64,000 nucleotides of DNA from an uncultured Gemmatimonadales bacterium (lineage in GTDB: Bacteria; Gemmatimonadota; Gemmatimonadetes; Longimicrobiales; RSA9), in assembly GCA_963741945.1 (NCBI GenBank), contig CAVUKA010000003.1, positions 352,001 to 416,000 on the forward strand, read 5' to 3'. The notes under the pieces are model-generated. The model did no database searches. It was not told the origin of the DNA and saw nothing but the letters and a program-made list of their open reading frames with translations. Of this stretch, positions 30,948-43,243 are shown one piece after another. Position 1 is the first letter of the stretch. Every line of letters starts with the position of its first letter. A program made the position numbers and the translations under genes.

Positions 30948-32462
30948 TCAGCGGGTCTGCGAGGGCGCGCCGGCACCGGAGGGACCGCACCCGAGCCAGA
31001 GCGGGTGCGCCTCGGTGTTGAACACCACGCTGTCGAAGTCCAGCGACCCGGGCGAAGCGAGCAGCCACGCGTACTTCAGCGTTTCCGCCAGGAAGAACGA
31101 CTGCATGGCGTCGCGGAGCTCCATGGTGCGCACATCCCTCACGTCGGCGAACCCGTACGGAGTGCGCGTGTGCTCCACCACCGCTTCGAACATGCGCAGG
31201 CCGAGATCCCGCCAGTGCTCGTCCCCCGTGATCCGGAAGAGGTAGTAGGCCGATTCGATGGCTTCCGGACGCAGCACGTAGCCGGGGCTCGTGACCGTCA
31301 TGCTGGAATAGTCCAGCTCTTCGGGCTCGATGCCGTGCAGCGCCCACATCCTGCCGACACTCTCCTCCAGCTGCCGCGCCGCGTCCAGGTCGCCGGCCAG
31401 AGCGAGGACGGCGGGGAGGAAGGCGTGGAGCGCGCCAAAACGCGTATCGAGGCGCTGTCCCGTGTTCATGTCCACGGTGCTGTACCAGAGGCCGCCGAAG
31501 CGGGTGTCGGCCTCGTAGCGGTTCACGGCGGCGATGCCGTCCTCGTACTTCCGCCGCAGGTCGGGGTTGCCGAGCAGAATCGATCCCTTCAGCAGGTACT
31601 CGTACCAGGAATCGATGCCGCCTCCCACGTGCGACACCGGGCGGGTCCACTCGCCGGTGGTGACATCGATCTGCTCCCCCACCAGCCCGAGCGGCGAACG
31701 GCGGTGCCACACGCTCCAGACCGCCCGGAGCGCGGCGGCGTAGTAGCGAGGATCGCCGGTGAGGCGCGAGAGGGTGCCGAACTCCAGCACGAGCGTGCCG
31801 ATCTCTGCCGGATTGCTGAGGGAGTCCCTCACGGCCCCGGTCCGGAGGTTGACGAACCGGAACGGCATCCCGGTGGGAGAGTGGAAGGCGGGGAGCAGGC
31901 GGTCGCCCAGGTCCGTCGCCAGGCGGAGCCAGCGCGGGTCGCCCTCCATCTCGTATGCGGTGAGGAGCGCGCCCAGGTGCCGGATCGTGATCTCGAACAC
32001 CTGCACGTCCATGTCCAAGTCGAAGTCGAGGTGCTCCAGAATCAGTGCTTTGGCCTGGGCGGCCTCGGCGTCGAGCCCCATGAGGAGCATGGTGTCATAT
32101 GCGTCGACGGGCGTCATCAGCAGCGACGCACGATACCAATCCGACCCCGTCCCGGAGATCGGGCGCAACTCGTCGTGACCGGCCGCATACGCCATGTACC
32201 CGTCCCACGCATGCCGGAACGCCGCGCGAACGCGCCGCATCAGGACCGTGTCGGCCCGCGCGCCAGGTAGCGCGGGCAGCGACTGCCGGGGACAGCCGGG
32301 GGCGCCATGCGCCGCGGCGAGTCCGGGCTGTGGGGCGCCAGCCGTGTCGCGCCCCAAGGCCCCCGTGGTCTGGCCGGTCACGGGGGCGGCGCCCGCCGCC
32401 CCGGACGCGACTACCGCGAGCAGGAGGAGCAGGCGCCGGCCGGCATCGTGCGCCCCGATCAT
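30948..32462 (-). CDS. Glycoside hydrolase family 47 (class I alpha-1,2-mannosidase), secreted
   Basis: HAWDGY..A.GHDELRP, VFEITIRHLG, GIDSWYEYLLK, LRPEAIES, QSFFLAETLKY, VFNTEAHP. Confidence 0.95.
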   Translation of the reverse strand: MIGAHDAGRRLLLLLAVVASGAAGAAPVTGQTTGALGRDTAGAPQPGLAAAHGAPGCPRQSLPALPGARADTVLMRRVRAAFRHAWDGYMAYAAGHDELRPISGTGSDWYRASLLMTPVDAYDTMLLMGLDAEAAQAKALILEHLDFDLDMDVQVFEITIRHLGALLTAYEMEGDPRWLRLATDLGDRLLPAFHSPTGMPFRFVNLRTGAVRDSLSNPAEIGTLVLEFGTLSRLTGDPRYYAAALRAVWSVWHRRSPLGLVGEQIDVTTGEWTRPVSHVGGGIDSWYEYLLKGSILLGNPDLRRKYEDGIAAVNRYEADTRFGGLWYSTVDMNTGQRLDTRFGALHAFLPAVLALAGDLDAARQLEESVGRMWALHGIEPEELDYSSMTVTSPGYVLRPEAIESAYYLFRITGDEHWRDLGLRMFEAVVEHTRTPYGFADVRDVRTMELRDAMQSFFLAETLKYAWLLASPGSLDFDSVVFNTEAHPLWLGCGPSGAGAPSQTR

Positions 32463-34216
32463 CGCGCGCCCGGGACCGACGGCGCGACGGGCCTGCCGCG
32501 CTCTCGCACTTCCTGCTGCCGTTCCTCCACCGCCCGCTCCGCTGGGCTGGTGCGGAATGTCAGTCTGAGGTTATCGAATTCGACGAGGTCCACCACGCTG
32601 CGGCCGGCGCCGTCGTCGTAGCGGATGCTGACGGTGTCCCCGGGCGACGTCAGCGGGAGCTCGACGGAAAGGTCGCTGGCCCCGGCGAAGACGCGGTCCT
32701 CCAGCCCCTGCAGGATGAGGTAGTACGTGGTCTCACCGCGGCGCGTGTCCGCGCTGATGCGAACCACCGGCGCAGTGGCGCGTGCCAGGTCCATGTCCAT
32801 GTCCGCCGCCATGACGTTCCCGCGGCTCGTCAGGCGCCGCCGGTACTGGCGCATGGCGTCGGCCACCGTCTCGCCAACACCCACGATCTGATAGTTCTGC
32901 TGCGACACCCACGCGTACGCCTTGGCCAGGCCCGTGTTGTCCTTCAGGATCACGAAGAACGCGGGCTGACCCGCCACGTTGTACGGGATCGGGAACGCTG
33001 CGCGATAGCCGGCGTTCTGGACCGCCCCCTCGGCCGATCCGCTCGCCGCCTCCTCCGTGGCCCCGGCCTGGTGATACAGCCTCGCCTCCTTCGTGCGCGT
33101 GTCCACGAGCGTGAAACCAATTGTGCCCTGATCCGACCCGACGGAAGTCATACCCGTGTACCAGTAGCTGCGACCATCGTCGCCGTAGACGAGAGCGGTG
33201 CCGTACGTGGGCATCACCTCGTCCACGTCGCTGGGATTCCACCAGCCGTGCACGAGCCGTCCCCAGTCCTCCAGCTGCGAACGGACGAACGACTCCGGCT
33301 GGATCCGGTCGATCCACGCCGGCGCGGCTTCCGTGTCGTAGTCCGAGATCTCGCCTGTCTGCGCGTCCACGACCACCACGCCGGTTGCGTCATCGCCGCC
33401 GAACCCGATGCGCTTGTGGTAGCGAGTGACGACGTAGTAGGGGCGCCCGTCGTCATCGATCTCGAACGTGAAGTCGGTGAGCCCGGCCGTGGCGTAGCCG
33501 TGGCCATACAGATAGCGGCGGAGCTGCGTGCCGAACCAGTTGCCGCCGTTGTAGACGAGATGGATCGGCCGGCCATCCAGGCTGCGGACCATCTGCCTGT
33601 CGCGATCGTCCGTCGCGCTGACCATGATGTAGCCGGGCGTGCCCTGCGCCCGGAACTTCAGCCACTTGAACGCTCCCGAGTGGTTGAGGGGGGCCACCCA
33701 GTACAGCCGACCGCGCACCTGCTGGATGCTCATGGCGCCCACCGTGACCCGGCTCCCCAACGCCGGGTCCTCGCCCAGCAGCTTGTCCGCGAGCCTCGCG
33801 GCCAGCGGCTCGTCCACCGTGCGCACTTGCGACGGGTCCACCGGCGATGTGTCGGCGGAGTAGTTCGCTTCCCGGATGTCGCCGACCAGCGCGCGGTAGC
33901 GGGCCGCGTGCAGCGCTGGCCACGTGGTGGCCAGGGCGACGCCGCTCCCGACCACGGCGACGGCGCCGAGGGCCACGGGTCCCAGCCAGCGCCCCCGTCC
34001 ACCGAGAGTGCGCGCGCGGACCAGCTCCTCGGCGAAAACGACCAGGATGGCGGTGAGGAACGGTGCGGCGAGGTCCGGGAACCCCCATGCGAGCGTCGGA
34101 GTCTGGGCATACGCGATGACGGCAGTCAGGAAACCCGTGACCACGGTTGCCGCAAGCCTCCGTGTGGCCGCGAACGCCAGGGCGGCGAACACGAGCCCTA
34201 TCACCAGGAACGTCAT
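32459..34216 (-). CDS. Membrane-anchored hypothetical protein (about 4 N-terminal TMs plus large beta-rich extracytoplasmic region)
   Basis: 585-aa ORF with GAGGT RBS; motifs LYWVAPL, FEIDDDGRPY, VVVVDAQTGE; stop overlaps the GH47 start. Confidence 0.75.
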   Translation of the reverse strand: MTFLVIGLVFAALAFAATRRLAATVVTGFLTAVIAYAQTPTLAWGFPDLAAPFLTAILVVFAEELVRARTLGGRGRWLGPVALGAVAVVGSGVALATTWPALHAARYRALVGDIREANYSADTSPVDPSQVRTVDEPLAARLADKLLGEDPALGSRVTVGAMSIQQVRGRLYWVAPLNHSGAFKWLKFRAQGTPGYIMVSATDDRDRQMVRSLDGRPIHLVYNGGNWFGTQLRRYLYGHGYATAGLTDFTFEIDDDGRPYYVVTRYHKRIGFGGDDATGVVVVDAQTGEISDYDTEAAPAWIDRIQPESFVRSQLEDWGRLVHGWWNPSDVDEVMPTYGTALVYGDDGRSYWYTGMTSVGSDQGTIGFTLVDTRTKEARLYHQAGATEEAASGSAEGAVQNAGYRAAFPIPYNVAGQPAFFVILKDNTGLAKAYAWVSQQNYQIVGVGETVADAMRQYRRRLTSRGNVMAADMDMDLARATAPVVRISADTRRGETTYYLILQGLEDRVFAGASDLSVELPLTSPGDTVSIRYDDGAGRSVVDLVEFDNLRLTFRTSPAERAVEERQQEVRERGRPVAPSVPGAR

Positions 34217-34488
34217 CGTTCATACCTCATGGTCGAGTGGGTCCGGATGCAACGTACTGCGATAGCGGGGCTCGCCGAAACGCTATGCTCGCACGCTACG
34301 CGATGGGTGGACGCAGACTTCAGGAAGCCAGGCAGGCCCTGTCGGGCGCGGACCCGATCGCCGACGCCGTCGCCCGGCCCCGAAACCTCGCCATGGCACC
34401 GCTCGTACGGGAGCCAACCAACGCGCCGTGGCGTGTATCCAATCCGTGCCCGCGCAAACTCGTTCACATCACCGGCACCCGTGCAGCC

Positions 34489-37002
34489 ATGGCCGACCTG
34501 AAGCTCGCGTTCCGCACGCTCGCGAAGACACCGTTCATCACGGGCGTCGCCATTCTCTCCCTGGCCCTGGGTATCGGCGCGAATGCGGGCATCTTCTCGC
34601 TTTTCAACCAGATGATCCTGGCCTCGCTCCCGGTACGAGACGCGGGGCGGCTGGTGAACCTGGGTGCGCCCGGGCCGAAACCCGGCTCCCAGTCGTGCGG
34701 CATGGCCGGCGACTGCGACCAGGTCTTCAGCTACCCCATGTTCCGCGACCTGCAGAGCCAGCAGACCACGCTGGCCGGCATCGCCGCGCACCGGTCGTTC
34801 ACCGCGAACCTGGCGCTGGCCGACCAGACCGTGGACGGGCAGGGGGCGCTGGTCTCGGGGTCCTACTTCGACGTGCTGGGGCTGCGGCCTGCGCTGGGGC
34901 GGCTCCTGACTCCCGCGGATGATGAGAAGGTCGGCGCCAACTTCGTGGCCGTCCTGAGCTACCGCTTCTGGGAGAACCGGTTCGGCGCGGACCCGGCCGT
35001 GCTCAACCAGACGATCCAGATCAACGGGAACGCCATGACCGTCGTAGGCGTCGCGCCCCGCGGCTTCGACGGCACAACGCTGGGCCGTCAGCCGGACGTG
35101 TTCGTTCCGCTGACCATGCGCAGGGAGATCGAGCCGGCATTCGCCAACATGGCCGGCTTCGAGAACCGCCGCGTCTACTATGCCTACCTGTTCGGGCGGC
35201 TGAAGTCCGGCGTCTCGATCGAGCAGGCCAGGGCGGACCTCGGACGGATCTACCACAACATCATCACCGAAGTGGAAGCACCGCTCCAGGACGGGATGAG
35301 CGAACAGGGGATGGAGCGCTTCCTGGCGAAGCAGATCACCGTCGAGCCGGGGCGGCGGGGGCAGAGCTCGATCCACAGCGACACCCGCACTCCGCTCCTT
35401 CTGCTGCTGGGCATCACCGGGATCGTGCTGCTCATCGCCTGCGCCAACATCGCCAACCTGCTCCTGGCACGCGGCGCCGCGCGGGCGCAGGAAATGGCCG
35501 TGCGCGGCTCGCTGGGCGCCACCCGCCGTCAGCTGCTCCGGCAGCTCATGACCGAGTCGCTCCTCCTGGCCATCTTCGGCGGCCTCGCCAGCCTGCTCGT
35601 CGCCCGCGCCACGCTCCTCCTGATCGGGTGGCTGCTCCCGCCCGAGGCCATCCCCGGAATCGAGCTCAGGATCAGCGGGTCCGTGGCCCTGTTCGCCGCC
35701 GCGCTCACCATGGGCACCGGCCTCCTCTTCGGCCTGTTCCCCGCCCTCCACGCCACGCGCCACGACCTGGCGGGGGCGCTGCGTGCCATGGCCGGGCAGC
35801 AGGGCGGGGCCCGCGCCGCCGCCCGCTTCCGGGCCGGCCTGGTGACGGGCCAGATCGCCCTCTCCATGGCGCTCATGGTGGCGGCCGGTCTGTTCATCCG
35901 GAGCCTGATGAACGTGAGCCGGGTGGATCTCGGGATGACGACGGAGGGCGTGGTCACGTTTTCCATCGCGCCCGCGCTCAACGGGTACGAGCCCGAGCGG
36001 AGCCGGACCCTCTTCGCCCGGACGGAGGAGGAGCTGGCGGCAATCCCCGGCGTTCGCAGCGTCAGCGGTGCGATGGTCCCGATCCTGGCCGGGAGCAGCT
36101 GGGGGAACAGCGTGTCCGTGGAGGGCTTCGAGGGCGGTCCCGACATCGACAGCGGCGCCCGCTTCAACGAAGTGGGCCCCGGCTACTTCAACACCCTCGG
36201 CGTCCCCCTCATCGGCGGCCGTGAGTTCAACGCGGCCAATGCGGCCGACCGGGCGCCGGTGGCGATCGTGAACGAGGCGTTCGCCCGCAAGTTCGGGCTC
36301 GAGCCCCGGGAAGCCGTGGGCAAGTGGATGGCCACGGGCAGCGGGCCGGAGGTCGAGCTCGACATGCAGGTCGTGGGCGTGGTTCAGGACGCCAAGTACA
36401 ACGACGTGAAGCAGGAGGTGCCGCCCGTCTACTTCACGCCCTACCGGCAGGACGATCGCCTCGGCTTCCTCACGTTCTATCTCAGCACGTCCGGCGATCC
36501 CGCCCCCGTGCTCCGGGCCGTGCCCGGCGTGATGAAGCGTATCGACCCGACTCTGCCGGTCGAGGAGCTGAAGACGCTCCAGCAGCAGGTGGCCGAGAAC
36601 ACGTTCGGCGACCGTGCGATCGGCACGCTCGCGGCCGCGTTCGCGCTCCTCGCCACCCTCCTCGCCGCCGTGGGACTCTACGGCGTCCTGGCCTACACCG
36701 TGACCCAGCGGACGCGGGAGATCGGGCTGCGCATGGCGCTCGGCGCCCACAGCGGGCGCGTGCGACGCATGATCCTGAGCCAGGTCACCTGGATGTTTGG
36801 CATTGGCGGCGTCCTGGGCCTGCTCGGCGCCCTCGCCCTCGGCAAGGCCGCCGCCTCCCTGCTCTTCGGGCTCTCAGGCACCGACATCCCCGTGATGCTG
36901 GCGGCCGTCGCCGTCCTCGCGCTGGTGGCGTTCGGCGCCGGGTTCCTCCCCGCCCTGCGCGCGTCCCGGGTCGACCCGATGCAGGCGCTGCGCTACGAGT
37001 AG
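34489..37002 (+). CDS. MacB-like duplicated ABC transporter permease (ADOP type)
   Basis: LALGIGAN, LLIACANIANLLL, two FtsX-like halves, REIGLRMALGA, DPMQALRYE. Confidence 0.93.
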   Translation: MADLKLAFRTLAKTPFITGVAILSLALGIGANAGIFSLFNQMILASLPVRDAGRLVNLGAPGPKPGSQSCGMAGDCDQVFSYPMFRDLQSQQTTLAGIAAHRSFTANLALADQTVDGQGALVSGSYFDVLGLRPALGRLLTPADDEKVGANFVAVLSYRFWENRFGADPAVLNQTIQINGNAMTVVGVAPRGFDGTTLGRQPDVFVPLTMRREIEPAFANMAGFENRRVYYAYLFGRLKSGVSIEQARADLGRIYHNIITEVEAPLQDGMSEQGMERFLAKQITVEPGRRGQSSIHSDTRTPLLLLLGITGIVLLIACANIANLLLARGAARAQEMAVRGSLGATRRQLLRQLMTESLLLAIFGGLASLLVARATLLLIGWLLPPEAIPGIELRISGSVALFAAALTMGTGLLFGLFPALHATRHDLAGALRAMAGQQGGARAAARFRAGLVTGQIALSMALMVAAGLFIRSLMNVSRVDLGMTTEGVVTFSIAPALNGYEPERSRTLFARTEEELAAIPGVRSVSGAMVPILAGSSWGNSVSVEGFEGGPDIDSGARFNEVGPGYFNTLGVPLIGGREFNAANAADRAPVAIVNEAFARKFGLEPREAVGKWMATGSGPEVELDMQVVGVVQDAKYNDVKQEVPPVYFTPYRQDDRLGFLTFYLSTSGDPAPVLRAVPGVMKRIDPTLPVEELKTLQQQVAENTFGDRAIGTLAAAFALLATLLAAVGLYGVLAYTVTQRTREIGLRMALGAHSGRVRRMILSQVTWMFGIGGVLGLLGALALGKAAASLLFGLSGTDIPVMLAAVAVLALVAFGAGFLPALRASRVDPMQALRYE

Positions 37003-37062
37003 GGGCCGCTGAGCGGCGGCGACGCCGGGCGGCTCCCGCCACTCGCCTCCGGCGCGCCGCCC

Positions 37063-39009
<1,947 letters not shown>

Positions 39010-39331
39010 GCAGCCTCCTGATCGCTCGGGTTTCCCATGTTCTGCTCCACAACGTAGGGGCAGAACCACTGCCCCCACAAACTCCGGGCCACACCTGTCG
39101 CGCGCGCGCCTGCGCGCGCACCGCGCGGGGAGGTCAGGATCGGGCCAGACTGGCCAGCCCTGGACATGGGCGCGCGCACGACCCGGCATGCACATGCTCC
39201 AGCAGGCATCCATCCGGTTGTCGGATAGCGCCGTCGCGGCTACCTTTCGGCGTTCCGCCGGTTATTGCCGGACCGCGGAGGTGGCAGGAGAGAGAGGCCG
39301 CCTTTGCGCCCCCAGCAACACATAGCGTGAG

Positions 39332-39739
39332 ATGGCAAAGAAGCCGACGAAGAAGCTGACGAAGAAGCAGATCGAGCATCTCCAGAAGAGACTGCTGCGC
39401 GAGCGCGAGCGCGCCCTTCGATCGCTGGGTCGCTACGACGAGCTCGCGAAGCTTTCCGCCGAGCAGGCGGACTCGGACCTGTACTCGTATTCCGATCACA
39501 TGGCGGACCTGGGGACGGACGCCATGGAGCGGGAGAAGATGCTGCTGTTCGCCAGCAAGGAAGGCCGCTACCTCTACCGTATCGAGGACGCCCTACGGAA
39601 GCTGTACAAGGAGCCCGAGACGTTCGGCTTCTGTCAAACGTGTGGGAACCTGATCGACTTCGACAGGCTGGACGCGCTGCCCCACGCGCACTACTGCATC
39701 GACTGCAAGCGGAAGGAAGAGGAGGCGGACGCGGCCTGA
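39332..39739 (+). CDS. DksA/TraR C4-type zinc finger protein
   Basis: Coiled coil with HMADLGTD tip, CQTC...RLDALP...CIDC. Confidence 0.92.
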   Translation: MAKKPTKKLTKKQIEHLQKRLLRERERALRSLGRYDELAKLSAEQADSDLYSYSDHMADLGTDAMEREKMLLFASKEGRYLYRIEDALRKLYKEPETFGFCQTCGNLIDFDRLDALPHAHYCIDCKRKEEEADAA

Positions 39740-39759
39740 GCCCTGCCACCGCCTCTCAG

Positions 39760-39798
39760 CGAGCGGCCCCGCTTCCTACATGGAGGCGGGGCCGCTCG
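39760..39798. terminator. Strong hairpin between convergent genes
   Basis: CGAGCGGCCCCGCTTCC-TACAT-GGAGGCGGGGCCGCTCG, 17-bp stem with one G-U; no U tract. Confidence 0.65.
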
Positions 39799-39823
39799 AC
39801 GTATGTGGCGCGCGGGCGAAGCC

Positions 39824-42637
39824 TCAGGGCATCTCGGCCGCAACCGGGGCGGCGCCCTTCGACCGGGGCTCGAGGCCGAGCCCGAGGTCGTTCCAGTTCA
39901 GGATTGCGTTCCAGAGGAAGCCGAAGTCGACGAAGTTCTGGAACCGCTGGATCGGGTTGAAGCCGAAGAGGACGTAGTATCCCTTCCCGGCCGGGAGGGT
40001 GATGAGTGCCGGCTGCTCCGCCAGCTCGCCCGGATTCTGGACCAGGCCGGACAGGAACAGGTCCCTGGTCGGCGCATAGCTCACCACCACGTTCTTCTCG
40101 TGGTCGTCATCCACGCTGAAGTATGGTCCGAAGCGGTGGTGCAGGGTGACGCCCTTGCCGTAGCCGTATCCCAGCGGGTTCGCCCCCTGCTTCACCTCGC
40201 CCTTCACGAGTGACCCGGGGACGAAGAGTCCGCGGGGCTGGGTGGTGGACACACCGCGGACCAGCCCCATGTCCACGGGGAGCGTGGCGGCGGAGCGGAG
40301 CCCGACGAAGGCGCCGCCGTCCTCGACGAAGTCCCGGATGGCGATGAGCCCCTCGTAGCCGATGCCCCCGGTCATGTCATCGGTGGCGTCCGGGTAGCCG
40401 AGCGACGGGTACTCCCGCGAGCGCTGGTACGGGAGCGGGCCGTCTTCGGGATCGATGCCCTGGAAAATGGACCGGGCGTCCCCGCCCTGGTCCGGGAAGA
40501 CGACGACGTCGTAGCGCTTCTTCAGGTCCTTCAACGCGCTCAGCCGGTCCACGCCCACATAGTCGTACGGGATCCCGAACGTGTCGAACGCGTAGCGGAT
40601 CCATCCTTCCTGCTGCGTGGAGCGCCAGGAGTGCAGGAGCATGATCCGTGGGAGGTCGAGCGCGTGTCGGGGCGTGCCGGCCACGAGGGTGTCGGCGACG
40701 CCAACGACTTCCGCGCCGAACCGCTCCGCCAGTGCCACCATGCGCGCGCGGTCCGCATCCCGGCCGCGGACCAGCCACGCGCCCGATGGCACTTCGTCGC
40801 CGTCCAGCGTCATCGGCTTCTCGATCGCTTCCACGGACGTGCGCCCGAGCCAGAGGCGGGCGGGGAGGCTGTAGGCGGAAAGCGTGGGCTTCACCAGCCA
40901 CCAGTCGGGGCCCTCCCCCACAACGCTGCCGGGCGCCGTCAGCTCTGCGGCGGCCTCCATCGGCATGGCCTGGATCGCGCTGTCATCGACGGGCTCCGTC
41001 ACCACGTCGAACATGAGAGGGAACGTCCATGCCACGTCATCGTAGGGGCGGGGCGCATCCGACGGGAACCGCTGCACGTCCATGAGCGTCAGGATGAAGT
41101 TCCGGTACGGCTGGTCCATCCGGATCACCCAGTCCCCCGGCCGGACCACCACGGTGTCCCCCACCGCGAACGTGTCGGGGGCCGTTGCGCGGCTGACTTC
41201 GATGCCCTGGCGGCGCAGCAGGTCCAGCATGTAGCGCATGTTGGCCCGATGCGGCTGGTCCGCGGGCACCACGTACGCGTACGGCTTCTCGGTCCGCCCC
41301 CTGCTCAGTGAGTTCGACGCCTTGGTCCAGTACTGCCGCAGGATCTGCGACCGGTTCTTCGCCGAGAGCGACAGCGCCGAGAGCAACGCCGTCTCCATGT
41401 AGTTCGTGTTGTTGCGCAGTGACCAGAGCGTGGTGTCCCGTGGCGGCAGCGGACGGTACCACTCCACGTCGGTTGCCGACGAGCGCAGCGTCCGCTCCCG
41501 TGTCCAGGGCACCATGTTGCCGAACGTCTCGTAGAAGCGGCCAGTGGCGTTCCGGGTGTTGGTCACCCACAGCAGGTAGCTGGGGTTCCATCCGTCGTAG
41601 AAGCCATGGGTCCATACGCCGGGCATCCCGAGCGCCGTCAGCGACGTCACCTCGTAGTTGGCGAACCACTGCCACTCCCCTATGGTCACAGGGTCGACGG
41701 TGGCGTTGTACGGCCCCGTCCCCGTGGACGTGTAGAGGTACGGCACGGACTCGTGCAGGTCGTGCCCCAGCGGATAGCGCCAGTCCAGGAAGAGGTCCAC
41801 CAGCTCCTGCGTCAGCCGCGCCGTGAGCTGAAGACCGTCCCGGTTGTTGTCATGGAAGATGTACTTCCCCCAGTACGGCGGCCCCCGGAAGGCCTTCGTG
41901 GTGTCCGGCGTGGGGTAGTTGAGCCGGATCCAGTCCACCACCCGGTCACGGCCGTCCGGCTCCGCTACCGGCGTGATGAACACCACCACGCTGTCCCGGA
42001 TGGTCCGGATCATCGGGTCGTCCGAGACGGCCAGCCGGTACGCCAGCTCCATACTCATCTCCGGCGGCCCGGTCTCCGCCGAATGCAGGCCGCCCGTTAT
42101 GGCGTAAACCACCGGGAGCGTCGAAATCGCGCTGTCCGCTGCGGCAGCCGACGCGGTCCGCGGATCGGACAGCGTGTGGAAACCGGCCTTCACCGCGTCC
42201 AGCCTGGCCAGGTTCGCCTCGCTCCCCACCATCGCCACGGCCAGATGGCGGCCTTCCTCCGTCGGCCCCAGAAGCTCCCACCGGACGCGGGGAGAGGCAC
42301 CGGCCAGCGCTTCGAAATAGCCGTAGATCTCCTCCACCTTGTGCAGCACCCCGGGCTGGCCGATGGCGTGCCCAAAATGGTCGCTGGGGGACGGTACGGT
42401 GGCGTCATCGGGCAGGTAGTCCACCCACGCGCTCGTGTACTCCGGCATCGTGGTCCACGAGCGGACTTCACGTGTGGATTCCGCCTCGATCGGCTGACCC
42501 CACGGCGTGCTCGCCGGGATCGGTACGCTGTCGGCCCAGTGGAACACCTGCGGCGGGAACGCCGCCGGCTTCGCCTCCTGCGCCTGCAGCGGGTGAGCGA
42601 TGGCCAGGGCCAGGAGCAGGACGGCGGCGTTGCGCAT
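39824..42637 (-). CDS. M14 zinc carboxypeptidase-like secreted protein
   Basis: Signal peptide; GLHSAE (HxxE), PDGRD, HDNNRD, DLHE; C-terminal glutamine-amidotransferase-like region. Confidence 0.85.
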   Translation of the reverse strand: MRNAAVLLLALAIAHPLQAQEAKPAAFPPQVFHWADSVPIPASTPWGQPIEAESTREVRSWTTMPEYTSAWVDYLPDDATVPSPSDHFGHAIGQPGVLHKVEEIYGYFEALAGASPRVRWELLGPTEEGRHLAVAMVGSEANLARLDAVKAGFHTLSDPRTASAAAADSAISTLPVVYAITGGLHSAETGPPEMSMELAYRLAVSDDPMIRTIRDSVVVFITPVAEPDGRDRVVDWIRLNYPTPDTTKAFRGPPYWGKYIFHDNNRDGLQLTARLTQELVDLFLDWRYPLGHDLHESVPYLYTSTGTGPYNATVDPVTIGEWQWFANYEVTSLTALGMPGVWTHGFYDGWNPSYLLWVTNTRNATGRFYETFGNMVPWTRERTLRSSATDVEWYRPLPPRDTTLWSLRNNTNYMETALLSALSLSAKNRSQILRQYWTKASNSLSRGRTEKPYAYVVPADQPHRANMRYMLDLLRRQGIEVSRATAPDTFAVGDTVVVRPGDWVIRMDQPYRNFILTLMDVQRFPSDAPRPYDDVAWTFPLMFDVVTEPVDDSAIQAMPMEAAAELTAPGSVVGEGPDWWLVKPTLSAYSLPARLWLGRTSVEAIEKPMTLDGDEVPSGAWLVRGRDADRARMVALAERFGAEVVGVADTLVAGTPRHALDLPRIMLLHSWRSTQQEGWIRYAFDTFGIPYDYVGVDRLSALKDLKKRYDVVVFPDQGGDARSIFQGIDPEDGPLPYQRSREYPSLGYPDATDDMTGGIGYEGLIAIRDFVEDGGAFVGLRSAATLPVDMGLVRGVSTTQPRGLFVPGSLVKGEVKQGANPLGYGYGKGVTLHHRFGPYFSVDDDHEKNVVVSYAPTRDLFLSGLVQNPGELAEQPALITLPAGKGYYVLFGFNPIQRFQNFVDFGFLWNAILNWNDLGLGLEPRSKGAAPVAAEMP

Positions 42638-42806
42638 GACGGCTCTCCAGAATTTCGGTGTGAGCGGCATCATGGCGGGCGGCCTGCAGGCGCGCAACCG
42701 CGAGATGGACCGGAATGACGACGCCGCAATGAGGACCAGTGTGGAGACCGCCGCCCGCGCGCAGCCGCCCAGGAGGGCAGACCCCGCTCAGTGGCCGCGC
42801 CGCGAC

Positions 42807-43154
42807 TCAAGCCTGCGCGTCCGCCACCAGTGCAGACAGCTCGCGGACAAAGGCGCCCCGGGGCATGACCCGGTCCGCTCCCGCCAATTCCGCCGCGGAC
42901 AGGGCGTCCTCGTTCACGTGCGGCCCGAACGCCACCACGCGCGCCGCAGGCGCGCGCTCGCGCACGCGCTTCACCGCCGCCACGGCTTCCCGCGCCTGGA
43001 GGTCCACCAGGATGAGTCGCGTCCCCTCACCCACACGCTCCAGAAGCGTCTCGAGCGACTGCACCGTCACCGCCGCGGGGGCGGCGCCGCGGATGCGGGC
43101 CGCGAACATCAGGTCCGCCGTGAGCGCTGCTATGGCTGGAATGTCGTCATTCAT
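42807..43154 (-). CDS. Stand-alone receiver-like (CheY-fold) protein, atypical
   Basis: ADLMF, LILVDL, VAFGPHV, AGADRVMPR; lacks the canonical DD pair and the Lys. Confidence 0.65.
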   Translation of the reverse strand: MNDDIPAIAALTADLMFAARIRGAAPAAVTVQSLETLLERVGEGTRLILVDLQAREAVAAVKRVRERAPAARVVAFGPHVNEDALSAAELAGADRVMPRGAFVRELSALVADAQA

Positions 43155-43205
43155 ATCGTTGTGGCTCAATATGTTGGCGTCCCGTCCGGCAACGGATAAT
43201 CGCTA

Positions 43206-43235
43206 TTGACAGCGGCTCCGCCCCGCCGTTACGTT
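43206..43235 (+). promoter_or_regulatory. Candidate promoter of the fur-family gene
   Basis: TTGACA-18bp-TACGTT, 8 nt before the ATG; no RBS. Confidence 0.5.
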
Positions 43236-43243
43236 TTGACACG

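Noticed and set aside
34489..37002. ABC permease with no adjacent ATPase
   Set aside because: Orphan status is typical of the ADOP duplicated permease family
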